A DNA stretch of 64,000 bases from Piromyces finnis finn (taxonomy: Eukaryota > Fungi > Neocallimastigomycota), in assembly GCA_002104945.1 (NCBI GenBank), contig MCFH01000008.1:620001-684000 (forward strand). Reading direction: 5' to 3'. The notes beneath the pieces were generated by a model. It made no database searches, was not told the origin of the DNA, and worked only from the letters and a program-made list of their open reading frames with translations. Both the position numbers and the translations under genes were made by a program. Of the stretch, positions 39,301-54,333 are shown in pieces. Position 1 is the stretch's first letter. Every line of letters begins with the position of its first letter.

Positions 39301-40331
39301 TGATATATCAAATGGCATATTAAGAGATTCATTAAGACTTTCAGTCATTAAAGCATCACCAGGAATAATAGCACTTTTATTGCTCTTTGTTAATATATAA
39401 TAAATATAATATAATTATTTATAAAATATTAATAACATATTATCTAATATTATATTTTTATTCATTTTTTATTTATTTAAAAGTTTTATTATAAATTTTT
39501 TTCTTTTACTAATAAATGATGTATATCTTTTTTTTTTTACTTTTTTTTACTAATATATATTAGTAATAAATGAAAAAAAAAAAAAGTAATAATAATAATA
39601 ATAATGTTGTTCTGATATTTTGCATTACAATTACAATTGTACATTTATTTATTTTAATTTTTCTGTATTTTATTATTGGTTAAAAATAAAATTTTTGTAT
39701 TTGCTCGACGTTTTGTATTTAAAATAGGGTATAATTATGTATATTATGTATATAAATATAATTATATTAAATCTTAAAAAAATAATAAAAAAAGACTTAC
39801 TATTGATGGCAACTGAGGTATTTTTTCTAATTGATTTGTTTGCTTTACAATATCATTCATTCGTACACTGAAATTTATTTTTTCCTTGGTTAATGTTGGA
39901 GTTTTTCGTACGTCTGATGTCACTGTATACTCCATAGCATCAGAATTACTTACTGTCGAAGAAATTGGAGTTGTTATATTACTTAAATCTGGAATGTTTG
40001 TTTTAAAACCCTTTTTATAATTCATTATACGCCAAGACAAATTTTCAAGACGTTCGCCATTTGGTAAAACATCTTTAGATTTAGTAAAAAGTTTCCATGC
40101 ATCTATTGATTCATTTTTAAGTTGAGTTTTACTTGTAATACATTGAATGAGTTCATCATTTAATACACCGGCTTTTATTAATTGTTCTTGATAAAGTTGT
40201 GATATACTTTTAGATTTTGGTGTAACATCTCCTTTCTGTATATTTGTATTTATTTCATTATCTTGTTGTGAAATATCCAATAATAACTTTAATAATATGG
40301 TTCTATCATTATTTTGAGCTACCAAAGCCAT
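36342..40331 (-). CDS. AreA/Gat1-like GATA transcription factor (N-terminal DUF1752-like motif + GATA zinc finger), ~1153 aa, 3 exons (40331-39801, 39384-38223, 38110-36342)
   Basis: [25 protein letters not shown] (AreA N-terminal motif) and [50 protein letters not shown] (C-X2-C-X17-C-X2-C). Both introns are phase-compatible. Confidence 0.88.
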
Positions 40332-42686
40332 CTTTAATTTAAACTTTTTCGAGTTTTATGAATGAATAATTGTTTTTTTTTTTTTTTTTTTTTTATCTTT
40401 TTTTATAAATTATATATAAAAATGAAAATCTTGTTTAATCTCTATAAAAATATATTTCTATCTTTTTAAATTATTGTTACTTTTAATATAATTGTTATTA
40501 TTTTTACTATTATTATGTATTAGATTTTAAAATGCTTGATACAATACTTTATAAGATTGATGATTATTGCTAAGTATTCTTTTTAAAGCACTGATTTACT
40601 TAATGTTATTATACTTTGAATATTTTTTATATTATTCTTTGAAATTTTATTATTTTAATATATGAGGTCTATTTGTATAAAAAATGAAATGTTATTGTTT
40701 CATTTTAGAAATTTAAATTTTTATACCAATAAAAATACTTTTTAATTTGTTAAATGATAAATTCTAAATATTTTTATTTACTTTTTTTATAATATAAATA
40801 GTAAAGAATCCCGTATTTTTTATTATTATTGTTATTTTAAAATTATATTCTTTCAATTACTAATTGTAATATATTTGTATTAAACAATAAATTTATGTCT
40901 AATTTTGTTATTAAAATAATATAAATTTTAAAAAATATATAATTAATAAATTAGATATCTATAAAAATTATATGAAATAAAAATATTATCATTTAAATCT
41001 AAATGAAATAATGAATATTTAATATTCTTTTTGCACTTTTAAAGAATATTTGTTAAATAAAAATTGATACTTCTTAAATTTCAATTGTTAATTCTTTTTA
41101 TATTTTTATTCAGTAATAGCATAGAAAACTATGATGATGATAACAAATATAATTTTCCTATAAAATTGAATTGATATTATAACTGAATTATTGTTATTAA
41201 AATTAAAATTTAATTGAAATTTAATTTTATACAAAGTTTATTTAACAAAAACAAAACTGGATAGATTAACAATTTTTTAAAATTTCAACTTTCTTTAACA
41301 CTATTTTTTCTCCTCTTTTTTTTTTTTTTTTATATTTATTAAATTGTTGTTTGTTATTTATAAAAATGATAATATAATATTTACTTTCAATTTCAATTTA
41401 AAAAAAAAACAAGAAATATCAACACAATTTAAGTTAATTGTAATCTTGTTATTAAAAGACAATTAAAATAAAAAGTTAAAAAAAAATAAAAAAAAAAAAA
41501 AAGATTAATTCATAATTAAATAAATATTCTTCCTTTTTTAATATATATATTAAACTTTATTATTAATTATTTTCATATTCACTTTTAATATTTTTTTAAC
41601 TTTTTTTAGTACTATTTAGAAAAATATATTATTATTTTACATTTATTATATTCAATTATATAGTAAAAACAATTTAAATACTAAATAAATTTTTTAATAA
41701 AAATTATTTATATATTAAAAATAAATTATAAAAAAAAGAAAGTAAAAAAAATAACCATACCTTTTTCCTTTAACTGCTTTTTTACTAATAGAAAACCTAT
41801 GTTTAATCATTCCTACTTATAAATATATAATTAAAAAGGTATATTTTATATCATTATAACTATAACTATTACTATTAGAATACTATTTATAATTATTATT
41901 GTTATTCTTATTTCTTTTATGATTATTATTATTATTATTAGTATAACTATAATATATATAACATTTATGATAGAGTTTTAACAACAAAATTTATTTGATA
42001 ATGAAATATAATAAAATTAAATATCTATCAAAATAAACTTAAATATTAGAACATGATGGTTTAAAGTTGCTTAATTAATATGGTCTTTGAAAACAAAATT
42101 TTAAATATATAAAGATAAAAGAAATAATTAATATAACAGAAAATAGTATTAAAACATATATTATAATATATTATTTAATATAATCAATTTAATCAGATAT
42201 TAATGAAATGTTAATTTAAATTTGATATGTCACATTACAAAGTTATCATTGCTATTCAACAGATACGAAGCTATTCTATTAAAATTTATTGAAATATTAC
42301 AATATATTATTAATTATATCATTATATTGTAATATATTGCTTTATTAATTAATAGATCCAATAAAAGGTTATTATAAATGTTACCAATATAGATTTAAAG
42401 TTATCAAATTTTATTTTAATAAAAAATATGTTAATATTATCAATATACTTTAATATATTATGATAAAGTTTATCTATTTAAACTTATCAAAATATTATCT
42501 TTATTCAAAAATGATAATGAATTTTTGATAACAGAATTCAATAAAAGATAATAATTTATAATTGATAATGAAAATTTATAATTTTTTCAAATAATTATAT
42601 TATAATTATGGCAGTATGATAATATACAAACAAAACGTTTTTTTGTTTATCATATAAAATATGGTAAATTAAAGGTGGTAAAAGTA

Positions 42687-43245
42687 TTTTTTTTTTTTTT
42701 TTTTTTTTTAACTTCCGAGTGCATTTCTCCCATCGATCAGAGTTAGCTCCAATGGTGGTTCTTAGAGAAACGTTGGCTCATTCCTATTGCTAGGTGGTTG
42801 TGACCCTCCTGGTCTGTCATACTGTTTCTTCAGCTTCGACGCTCACTTAATCCATGTACATTAGATGCATGTCGTTGTACGATATTTCACAACTACAATG
42901 CTAAGCCTCTTATAGTCAATTTGATCACGTGTCAACCGCCCCCTAATGTTTACACTTAAATTGATTAAGGAATATTATGTGTTTTTTGGCATAGCCTAAG
43001 TCACCACTTATTAAGTTCTAATTTGGAATGTACCATGTACACTAGACCCTCTCAGGCCGGCTAGACGAGTGTTATTATCATAGTAGTAAATTAGAAAGTT
43101 CATTTATACTTACCTGAATATCATAACCCAACCCATGGCAAACCCAGTGGGAAAATCCACAGGCACTGACATCTGCGGGGTCGAACCAGAAGCCTTATGT
43201 ATGCTAAGGAAACGCCTTAACAACCAGGATAAAAACTGGAACAAC
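42687..43245 (-). mobile_element. SINE-like retroposon copy 1 (536-bp body + poly(A), seen as T-run 42687-42709)
   Basis: Reverse complement of 61910-62444 with only 2 differences. Flanked by the direct repeat GGTAAAAGTATT at 42677-42688 and 43246-43257 (TSD). Carries the B-box GGTTCGACCCC on the minus strand. Confidence 0.88.
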
Positions 43246-46030
43246 GGTAAAAGTATTCACTACTTTAAAACTACTAATAAAAGCAAGATTATTAAATTAA
43301 CTATATATAAAAAACTTTATTTTTATATATATATTATTAATTAATTATATATTTAAATTATTTCTATCAAAATTACAAATGATCAAAATATATAAAGAAA
43401 AAATTATATAACTTATACAATATACAAATAAAAAAAATAATTTATAATAATATATTTTATCAGATTATGCTTAAATATTATTTATAATGAATAATAAAAA
43501 TAATAATATTACTAAAACAAAGCAAAGTGATTATAAAAATAGATGTTTTTATTTAATAGTTAAAATTGATGAACAGTTTAAATAGGTGCATTATTATTAT
43601 AATTGGCTAATATATATTTGAACTATGTGGAAAATTAAAATATAAAAGATTTTAAATTCAAATAAAAATTTATTAAAAATTGAATAATACAGAAAAAATA
43701 AATTAATAATCTTTTCTTGAGTAACAAATAAAAAAGCTTATAAAATTAATAACATTTGCTATATAATTAATAATAATTTATCTTGTGTTAATAATAATTC
43801 ATATAAATACTATAATTACAATTACTAGAAATATGGTTTTATAAATTATAATATATAAATAATACTATGTCTAAAATACACCACATAATATTAGTTAATA
43901 TTGAATTTAACCGTCTTTATAGTACTAATTTTTATACTAGGATACTAGTGAATTTGTTTTATTTTTAATATCATTTTATATATTATTTATCTTATATTAA
44001 CTATATAATAGATTTAATGTAGATTTTTTTAATATATGCATCAGTCATAATCTTTTCATTTTTTCTTTAAATAAGAACTCTTAAATTAATAAAGTAATAT
44101 TTATGATTGTCTATATATAAATAAATTAAGTAATACAAAATATACACGTGATTAAATGATAAGCATTTATTAAGAAGAAAAAATTGAATGATTAATTTTA
44201 TTAATCTTCTTCATATATTCTTATAAAATAATTAAAATATGAAGCCCTATATTATCTATACTAACGAGATTTATTTAACAATAAAAATACTAAAATATAT
44301 GGATCTTACATATGCATTACCACTTTTGCATTCTTTATTACTTTGTTGTTTTTTTTTTTTATACTGTAAAAATAAGTTTATTGGAAATAGTTTATATATT
44401 TATAGTAATATAATTTTTATATCAATAAATAAAAACTATACTTTGATTTATTACTTAATATTAAAAGTATTAATATTAATAAGCCATGTTATTATATATT
44501 TCTTCAATCATATTTTTATTGAAACATTAATGTAATTCTTGATATAAGCCACATATTTTAGTATAATAAGTAATACCTTAAATGTATTATTAAAATTTTC
44601 CGTAACTACATGAATATATAATGATTTTTTAGTTTCTTTGAAAAAAAAATAAATTATTATAAAGCCATATTATATATTTCCTTAATATGAAAGTTATAAT
44701 TTTTTCTGTTATATACTTTTCTACAGTATACATAAATGAAATTAAGAATTTAAATGGCTTTATTAATATATTTGAATATGCTCATTAAAATAAAATAATA
44801 ATATTTATATATAATAAATTCATTATAATCTGCAATACTAAATAAATAATATTCTGTTTCATAAAACAAAACATTAATTATGTAAATTATGAAAGAAATT
44901 TATTAATAATATATTTAAATGCTTTATATTGTTAATAAAAAGAAATTATTGGTAGATGATGATTTATAATATATATTTTGCAAAGAATTCTGTGATCTAC
45001 TACTTAAAAGAATGCAAAATTCATAAATCAATAATTAAAAATTCTCTAATTCATGTGCTTTCGAAATTCTGGTTCGACGTCATGATTTTGTTGAAATTTT
45101 CTGGCTAAAAAGTCTGGCTAAAAGGCAAAAATTCTAGGATAAAATATATACCTAGCATATTTATAGAATGTCTAGTCTATAAATTAAGATATATATCCTA
45201 AGTAAAGTTATTAAAACCCAAAAAAGGAATTTAATTATAATTTCAAATACTACACTTATTAGTTATCTGAAAAGATTGATATCATTTTTAATATTTGCGG
45301 GAGGACGAGAATTCCAGTAAAATGCTGGCCAGTTTTCTAAAGAAAAACTGTTAAGAACACATCCTTATCCTTATTGAAAATGTTATGGCAATATGAACAC
45401 CAAAATTCTGTATATCATCATGTGAAAACACATGACATGGTTTAAAAAAATAAAATAAAAAATACGCTTTTATAACATACTATATATAAAATATAAATTA
45501 AGATTAATATAATATATATTAATTATATCAATTTGAATAATAATAAAATAATAATAATTCATATAATAAATTAAATATTTTCATAAACAACTCACAATGA
45601 CTTTTTTACAATAATTTTTTTTTTAATAATATATTATTCTTTTATTTCTATTTTTCAAACAATTATTTAAATTTTTTCTAATATATGTGTCTCGTTTTTG
45701 TTTTGTTTTTTTTCTGTTAAAAATATACTTTAAATATATATTAAAAAAATTAATAAATATTAATAAATATTATAGTATAATAATTAACAAAATTTCCGCA
45801 ATAATTAGTTCTTATAATGTATTATTTTTACTGCAGTTTTGCTTATTTAATAAGTTGTTATATCAATAATAAAAATACTAGGTGTATTTATTAATAAAAA
45901 AAAATATGACTAAAATATACATTAAAAGTATTATGTATTTTATTATTATATTATTATTGAATTAAATATTACATTTTATTTTTATAAATATGTTTATGTT
46001 TATTTTTAATATTTCTAAACATTGATATCC

Positions 46031-46031
<1 letters not shown>

Positions 46032-46114
<83 letters not shown>
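46032..46114. repeat. (ATT)n microsatellite, about 27 units
   Basis: Uninterrupted ATT/TAT run; it explains the spurious poly-Ile ORF 46022-46207. Confidence 0.95.
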
Positions 46115-46116
<2 letters not shown>

Positions 46117-46394
46117 TTTTGAGAATAGTACTTTTATAAAGAGTATATATCTATACATTGTAATACTTATGTTATTATTATTGTTTCCCTCATCCCTTTT
46201 AAAATAAATTCATTAAAATTTAATTATGATATAGAGTTTTTTTTTTATCCTTATTTCTAGCAAAAATAAAAAATAAAGATATTTAATTATATTATTTATA
46301 AATGATGTTTAACAATTTTTTCATTATTTCTTATTATACTAAATAATTCCAATTATTTAAAAGTTAAAAATAAAAAATCAAACATTAATTCTGA

Positions 46395-47739
46395 TTATTG
46401 ATCAGTATCTAATTTAGTTTCTTCAACTGGCAATTTAGAAACAATATTTATACGTTCTTCACTCTTTGTTACTTCTTCGCTACATAAAATATTGTTTTGA
46501 ATCAAAAGTTTCTTTAACATTTCAATTTCCTTTTCCAACTTTTCAATTTTATATTCATATATTTTATGACAATTACTAAATGGATCTGGAAGACTAGCAT
46601 GATCTAATATTTTTTCAACTTTCACACCCCTTTGACGTACAACCTTACCAGGAATACCGACAACGGTTGAATGTGGAATAACATCTTTAATCACAACAGA
46701 ACCTGCACCAATTCTACTACCAGTTCCAATATTTAATGGACCTAGAACAATAGCACCAGCACCAATAACAACACCATCATTAACTGTTGGGTGTCTTTTT
46801 CCTTTTTTTGAACTAGTACCACCAAGAGTTACACCTTGATATAATGTAACATCATCACCAATATATGTGGTTTCACCAATAACCACACCCATACCATGAT
46901 CAATAAAAAATCTTTTGCCAATGACAGCTCCAGGATGCTATTAATAATAATATATTTAAATAAATATGAGTTACTTAAAGAAAAAATATACTTATTCATA
47001 AATTATAAATCAATAATAATACTAGTTTTTAAAAATATAATATAAATCTAATAATTAAATATATATAATAGAAATTATTTAAAAATTATCAATTCTTAGA
47101 TTTGTTAATAATTATATATAACACATGAATAACTTAATTAGTGAAATATTACTAAAGCAATAAAAATTAATTATTGATAAAATACTCTAATAATACCACA
47201 GCATTATTACTTTATAAAAATTTAAGTTTTCTATATTATTAAACTATTAAAATACTAACTAAATAAAGATTTTCTTATTGTCTATGATGCTTTTTATCAT
47301 TACAATTATTTTAATTTTTTCATATATACATTTATATTTATGTATGTTATAATAAAATAAAAAGAAGTATAATAATACAAAATAAGAATAATATATATTC
47401 ATTTTATTATAAAATGCTTACTATATCACAACCAGTCCATAATCTTGATATGAATGATATTATTCTAGCAATCAATAAGAAATTATGTGTCCATAATAAA
47501 TGAGCAAATCTTTGTAATAAAATAGCATGAAAACCTGGATATAAAAGTATAATTTCAAAATAACTTCTTGCAGCTGGATCACGTTCATAACCATATTTAA
47601 CATCATCAATTATATCTTTTATAACATCACGAAAAATAGCATAAAAACTTTTCTTTTCAAGAGTTTTTTTCTCATGATTTTCTTCATTATTATTACTATT
47701 ATTATCACTTATAAGTTTTTCTTTTTCTTCGGTAGACAT
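46395..47739 (-). CDS. cysE: Serine O-acetyltransferase, bacterial CysE type, 286 aa, 2 exons (47739-47422, 46937-46395)
   Basis: [29 protein letters not shown]...[62 protein letters not shown]...[15 protein letters not shown]...DHASLPDP. Phase-0 intron 47421-46938 (GTAAGC...TAG). Confidence 0.95.
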
Positions 47740-50025
47740 CTTATATTACCAAACTTCCTTTATGATATATGATATATTTATATAAAATAGTAGTACGAAA
47801 ATTACTTTTATTATTGTTAAATTTAATTTATGTTACTTTATTTTTATTGAAGTTGATGCTTATTATTTAAATAATTAATTATTGCTGTTTTTTAGTTTTT
47901 AATGTTGTTGCTTTTGAATATTTTAATAATTGAAATTTTTAATTTGATTCTGGATTAAAAAATATAATTTTAACACAAAAAATATTATTATATATTATAT
48001 TATATATTGATTTCAGAATAAAAAAGGTATATTTTTCTATATTTTATTGACTCAATAGACTTATTTTTCTGTATAAAGAAATTTTACATATAAAAAAGAT
48101 ATATATTAATTAATATATAAAAAAATCTTTTATATTTATACACATAAATATCTGGCTTTATTTTTAAGTATTAATATGTATAAAACGATATAACTATCTT
48201 TTAATTAAAATTAATGTATTTCAAAATTTTAATTTAATATTATTATATATAATAATTAAATATAAAAAAAATAAATAACCGGGATTAATTATTTTCTTTT
48301 TTTTTTTACCTTTATTAAAGATTTATATATTTTTAATATTCAAAAGTTAATTTCTTTATTTTTTTTTTAAAAAAATATTTTACAATTATTAAAAAAATAA
48401 TAAAAAAAATAATTTTATCTATATATATATATTATAAAAAAAAAAAAAAAAAAAACAATTATCCTTTTCCGTTCTTATAATTAATAAAACTAATTAATAA
48501 TTATTAACACAAAAAACACATAATATTTTTATTGAAATTAATATACATTTTTATATATTGAATAGTATAAAAAAATAAAAATGTATATATAATAGAATTA
48601 AAAAAGCATAATTCAGTGTAAATTAAATATAATTTAATTTATTAATAATAATAAATTCATTTTAATTCTAATCATATTGACAAATTCACTTACGGAATGT
48701 TTAACTTTAATTATATTCAATTTCATTACTAATAAAATAAGAAAATATCTTTTTTATAAAAAAAAAAATATTATTTATATATAAAAAATAACTTTATGAA
48801 TTTTCAATTAATATTATTTGTTAATTTTATCATATATTAATGTTTTTTTTTTTTTTGGTATAATAACATAACTTATTAATTTATTTATATTATAAATAAT
48901 CAAACTACTTCGATATTTTATAATACACTTCCTATTTTCCGCTTTAATATATATTATTTTAATCAAATACTTTTTTTTTTTTTGAAATCTATTTAAATAA
49001 ATATTAAAAAAAATTATTAATGCTCTAGTTAATGTATAGATGTTAATAATGGATGCACTTATATGTGAATAATATAATAAATAATGATATGTAAATATTA
49101 TGTAATAACATTGATTTTCAATCTAAATGTTTATAAAAAAAAAAGTAAAAATTCAAATATTAAAATAAATCTTATGAAATAATCAATAAGTATAGGGTTA
49201 GGTAATTTGTTAAAAATATATTATGAATATGCTTTGTTGCTTAGCTTATATTTAAAAATAAAAAAAATAATATATATTTTAAATATGATACATAATTATC
49301 CACAATTGCATATAAATATTTAATTTAAAAATATATATATATTTATCAAAACAATTATAATGAAATAATTAAATATCCGCCGTTATTTTATCATTAAACA
49401 ATAACAAATTCATATAGAAAATTTTTATACTTTGTTTCTTTTTTTATTATACATATACATATAAAGCATTTAAAAGAACAATAGATAATAATTATATTTA
49501 TTAAAAAAGAAAAAAGTAAATAAATAAAATTTAAAATTAAATAAATAATTTTAATTGATTGACATGCATTGAATATAAAAAATAAAGAAGAAATAAACTA
49601 ATTCTTAGTGAACTTCTTTTTTTAAAATTCAAAAAAATCTGTTAAAAATTCTGTTTAATATATATTGAAAAATAATTGTATATTGTATACAATAAGAATA
49701 CATCATTCTTGTAATTTATCAAAATCTAACCCACAATCTTCTATATTTGGAGATTGTTTTTTTTTTAATAAAATTTTAATCAATTATATTTTAGAATTTT
49801 GAAATTTCTAGCAAACCAAAATATATAAAAAAAAATTAATTTATTTGAATCATAATAAAACTTTAAATAACTGAATTTCCAATTTAACTATTTTTGTTAA
49901 ACCATTTATAACTTACTAAATTTGTTATAAAATTTATTATAAAACTTTTTATAGTAATATAATTAGTATTTTATTACAATATTATTAAGATTATTTAATA
50001 AAAATATAATTATTAGTAAATAATA

Positions 50026-51800
50026 ATGAGTAGTTTAATTAATACAAAACCTGAATTATATTTAGGATGGGCTTATGATAGAGTCGAAGAATCAGACAAA
50101 AATAATCCATATATTGATAAAATCGGAGGAAAACCAGTATATAGAATATTACTATATAATAATTTTATATAACATTAATATTATTGATTTATGTAAGACT
50201 TATGAAAATTATTTGTTAATTTAATAATTTTTTAATTGTTTTTATTTATTTTATTATAAACAAAATAATCAACAAAAATATAAAAAGATTTGGTTAAATC
50301 AAAATTGCCCACCACCAACAAATTACTCAATTTGTGATAATTGTGGTGAAAGGCTATTCTTCTTAATGCAACTTCAAGGACATATTAATAAAAGAAAATA
50401 TGATAGAGTTTTTTATGTTTTTGGATGTAACAATAGTCAGTGTATGGGAAAGGAAGGTAGTTTCAAGGTATTAAGAGCACATAAAGGTACTCATTTTAAA
50501 AAACATTCAAAGATCAATAAAACCATGAAAAAAGCAGAAGAAATTCCTCAATTAACAATTGATGATAATGATTTCAATTCTACACCAATTGAATCTCAAT
50601 CATTTATTAATTCAGAAAATGATACAATAATTAAACATTCTATTGATATGAGTCCAGTAATAATTGACCCAAAAGAATTTGAAAAGGTAAATTTTTATTT
50701 TTTAATATTTTTGTTATTTAATTAGTTTTTCATAAACATGATTATTATCAATTGTTATTTATAATATTTAAGTATTATTAAAATCCAATATGCCTAAGCT
50801 TGATAATAAATAAATATAATATATATTCAAAAAAAATGTATTTCAATTTAATTTCATCCTATAGATTATCTCTTGTATATCATATATATTGAATATGAAT
50901 TAGTTATTTATTGAAATTTTATTATGTATATTATTTATAATAATAGGAAATTGATGAAATAAAAGAAATAAATAATAATGAAAATGGCTTTGAATTTGGA
51001 TTTGGTAATGTAACTGATTTTAATTGGGAAACTCCGGGATTCGGTAATTCTAATGATGATTGGGGTTCATTTGGTAATGATGATAATTCAAATGGATTTG
51101 GTTTTGGTGATAATTCTAATGTTTTTGGTAGCAATAATGATACCAATGATAAAAAAATTGATGATTTAAATAAACTCCTTGAACTTAGAAACAAAAAATA
51201 TGAAGAAGAAGAAAGTGATGATGATTATAATAACGAAAGTCAAAAGAAGCAGGAAAAAAAAGAACAAAAAATAGAAAAAAAAGCTAAAAATATAATTAAG
51301 CAAGAATCAAACCCAAAAGAATTAATAGAAAATGAAAAAGAAAATAATTCAGATAAAAATATAAATATAGAAAAAGTTGAAGAGGAAACTGAAGAAAATA
51401 AAGAGGAACTTGGTAAAAAAAATTTTTTAAGTATAATAGAAGTAAATATATATTCATTTTACTAATTATATATTTAATGATATAATAATTAATGAATTAA
51501 AGAAAATTTAAAACAATATTGGAATAAAGGAAGATTTTTCCCAGATTATTATTTAGATATGGATTTAGATCAACCTAATAATAAGGAAGATGATTATTCT
51601 CACGAAAAGAAATTGATTGAAGAATACGAAAAACAAAATAAATTAAATGGTAATAATTCTACTGATATCAACTGGGGAGAAGAAAAATATGAAAAGTCTG
51701 ATAATAAATATTATAATAAAGTTTTTAGAAAATTCAATGAAGTTGTACAAGAAGAACCAGAACAGTGCTTAAGGTAAATTTTATTATTATTATTAACAGT

Positions 51801-51839
<39 letters not shown>

Positions 51840-52283
51840 ATTATAAAAAATTATTAAAATAATTTAAAACATAGATACTGTATTAAAGGTGAACCTTTGT
51901 TCTATGATAATGATGATATCTCTAAGAAATATTCCAATTCAAAAAATATTCCAAAATGCGAAAGATGTGGTGCTCTACGTACTTTTGAATTCCAACTTAT
52001 GCCAAATTTACTTTCTATCTTACCAACTGAAAAATTCTTAAATAAGCATAAGCCTTATAAAAATATTCGTAACATAAAAGATGTAAATACCATCTCAAAA
52101 TCTGATTTAATTAATCAATTTGATACTGGTATGGAATGGGGTACTATTTTAGTATTTACCTGTTCAAAAGATTGTGATATGGATGAGCTTAAACAAAAAG
52201 AAATAGAAGATGATGGTATGTGGAGAGAAGATGTTAGTTATTATGAAGAATTACCAGTAGTCGAAAAAGAATCATTATTTTAA
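50026..52283 (+). CDS. TSR4: TSR4/PDCD2-family protein (PDCD2_C domain), multi-exon
   Basis: N-terminal KIGGKP, C-D-N-C...LLMQL...YDRVFYVFGC; C-terminal EKYE, EPEQCLRY, IPKCERCGALRTFEFQLMPNLL, MEWGTILVFTCSKDC. Confidence 0.85.
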
Positions 52284-52661
52284 ATGAATTCATTAATGGA
52301 ATTAGAATTAAAACATGTGATTATATTAATTTATTTTTTAATACATTAGAAAGCCTTTTTAAGTATATTATTTTAATTTGGTTCATATTTTAGAAAAACA
52401 TTATATATAATAGTTAGAGTAGGACTTTGGGATTATTTTATTTTTTTTATTTTATTTTTAATTTCAAATAATATAATTAATATTAATATTGTTCAATAAA
52501 ATGCGTTAATAATCATAAGATTTATTAATAATAGATAAAAAAAAAAAGTTTTTAGTGTGAATGATATTTAAAACTATGATACAATTATTTAATAATTTAT
52601 TTAATATTAATTTTATTTTATATATTAATATTATTTCCTTTAAAAATTTTATAAAAATAAA

Positions 52662-52677
<16 letters not shown>

Positions 52678-52736
<59 letters not shown>
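52678..52736. repeat. (AAT)n microsatellite, about 20 units
   Basis: Direct reading of the sequence. Shorter similar runs occur near 12763-12800 and 63130-63160. Confidence 0.9.
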
Positions 52737-52737
<1 letters not shown>

Positions 52738-53076
52738 GCAAAAACAAAACAAAAAAAAAAAAAAAAAAAAAAGAATTATAGAATAAATAGGTTTATAAAA
52801 TAAAAATTTTATTGTTGCATTATACCATACATATGTTAAATATTATTGATTAATAAATATCTTATGCTACATAATATTAAAATATAAGAAATGAATAATA
52901 ATAATAATTATTTATTTTAGCATTATACTAACTCTAGATATATAAATTTTTATCAATTCTTTCTATAAAGAGATATTGCTTGAACATATAAATTATTTTA
53001 AATAATATATGAGATTTATTATTCTTTTTTATTATTTCTAATAGCCTATTAAATAAAAGTATTAAAAACTAATAAT

Positions 53077-54333
53077 TTAAAAATTTTCAACCATCCAATC
53101 CTTAATTTCACTAATACCAGAATTGGCATTTCCTGATTTAAGTTCACATTCAATAAATGATATTTGGTTTGGAAGATGTTCAAATTTAAAGGCTTCATTT
53201 TCATAACCTAAGAAATCATCAACATTATCTTCATCTTGTTCTTCAACACCTGCAGCTCTAGTGGAACGAAGATTATTACTATAGATAAAAAAATCAATAT
53301 AATATAAATATATTAATCAATAAATTAAATTATGTATATAATTTGATAATAATAATAAATAAACTATTAATTATCCTAAACTTACATTTCATTTTCTAAA
53401 GCAGTCTTTATTCTTTCCTTTGGTAAAGCTATTAAATAATCTTGTTTATTACAAGCAATTAAAATTGAAACTTCATTCTCTGAAATATATTTATTAGCTA
53501 AAATTTCATATAAATATTCAGTGACTTCTCTTTCGTTCTTTATGAAAGTAGCAGAATCGATAACAAAAATAACACCCTTAGTAATTGGAGTAAAATCTTG
53601 ATATTTGTATCTTAACTTATAATGACCTGGGAAATCAATAACATGGAAAACCTTTTCTTCATCCTGATTAAAAAAAAAAAAAAAAAAAAAAAGTAAAATT
53701 GATATATATATAAAAACAGTAAAATGGGATTAGTTCAAAGTAATATATGTAATTATTAATATTTACATTTAACTATTATTTTATATTTAATGTTAAGTAA
53801 AAAAAAATATTTAATAATAACTTCTTGAGCTAATGGAAATCTTCCTTCATTTTCTGTAATTGAAGTGTGAGTTTCCATGACCTTATCATTTCTTAACTTT
53901 ATAAATTAAAATAAAATTAATAATTAATTTAACAATATATATAATTAATAAATATTTAAAAATATATATATGAATTGAATTGTATTTATATAAATCATAT
54001 TTATTATTTTATATAATTCATACTCTTAAGTATAAAGAAGTTTTTCCTGAATCACAAATACCAGTAATAATAAATGTATCTTTTTTTTCTCTATTTCCTG
54101 TAAGCTTTAAAATTACTATAGCAGCTATATTTATTACGTTAAAATATTTTTATATTAGCAATATTAAAAAATTAATCATTTGAAATATTTATTCGTTAAT
54201 ATAGTGGAATCCATTCAGATTTTCATTAAACATAAAAAAAAAAAATAAAATAAAAATAAAAAATATTACCAATTAATAAAATGGCAATTGAGGCTATTGC
54301 TATTATAATTATTAAATTGTTATTCATCTCCAT
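53077..54333 (-). CDS. SRPRB: Signal recognition particle receptor beta subunit, multi-exon
   Basis: N-terminal signal-anchor (LIIIIAIASIAILLI), P-loop GICDSGKT, THTSI, VIDFPGH, GVIFVIDS, LIACNKQD, C-terminal LRSTRAAG...FLGYENEAFKFEHL...IKDWMVENF-TAA. Confidence 0.9.

Noticed and set aside
43135-43344. 69-aa ORF
   Set aside because: It is antisense to the SINE head and runs into AT-rich flank; it has no protein features.
30813-45869. Intergenic ORFs 30813-31007, 44239-44535, 45687-45869
   Set aside because: They consist of I/L/F/K/N/Y from homopolymer-rich DNA, have no motifs, and are expected by chance at this base composition.
46022-46207. Poly-isoleucine ORF
   Set aside because: It is a translation of the (ATT)n microsatellite.
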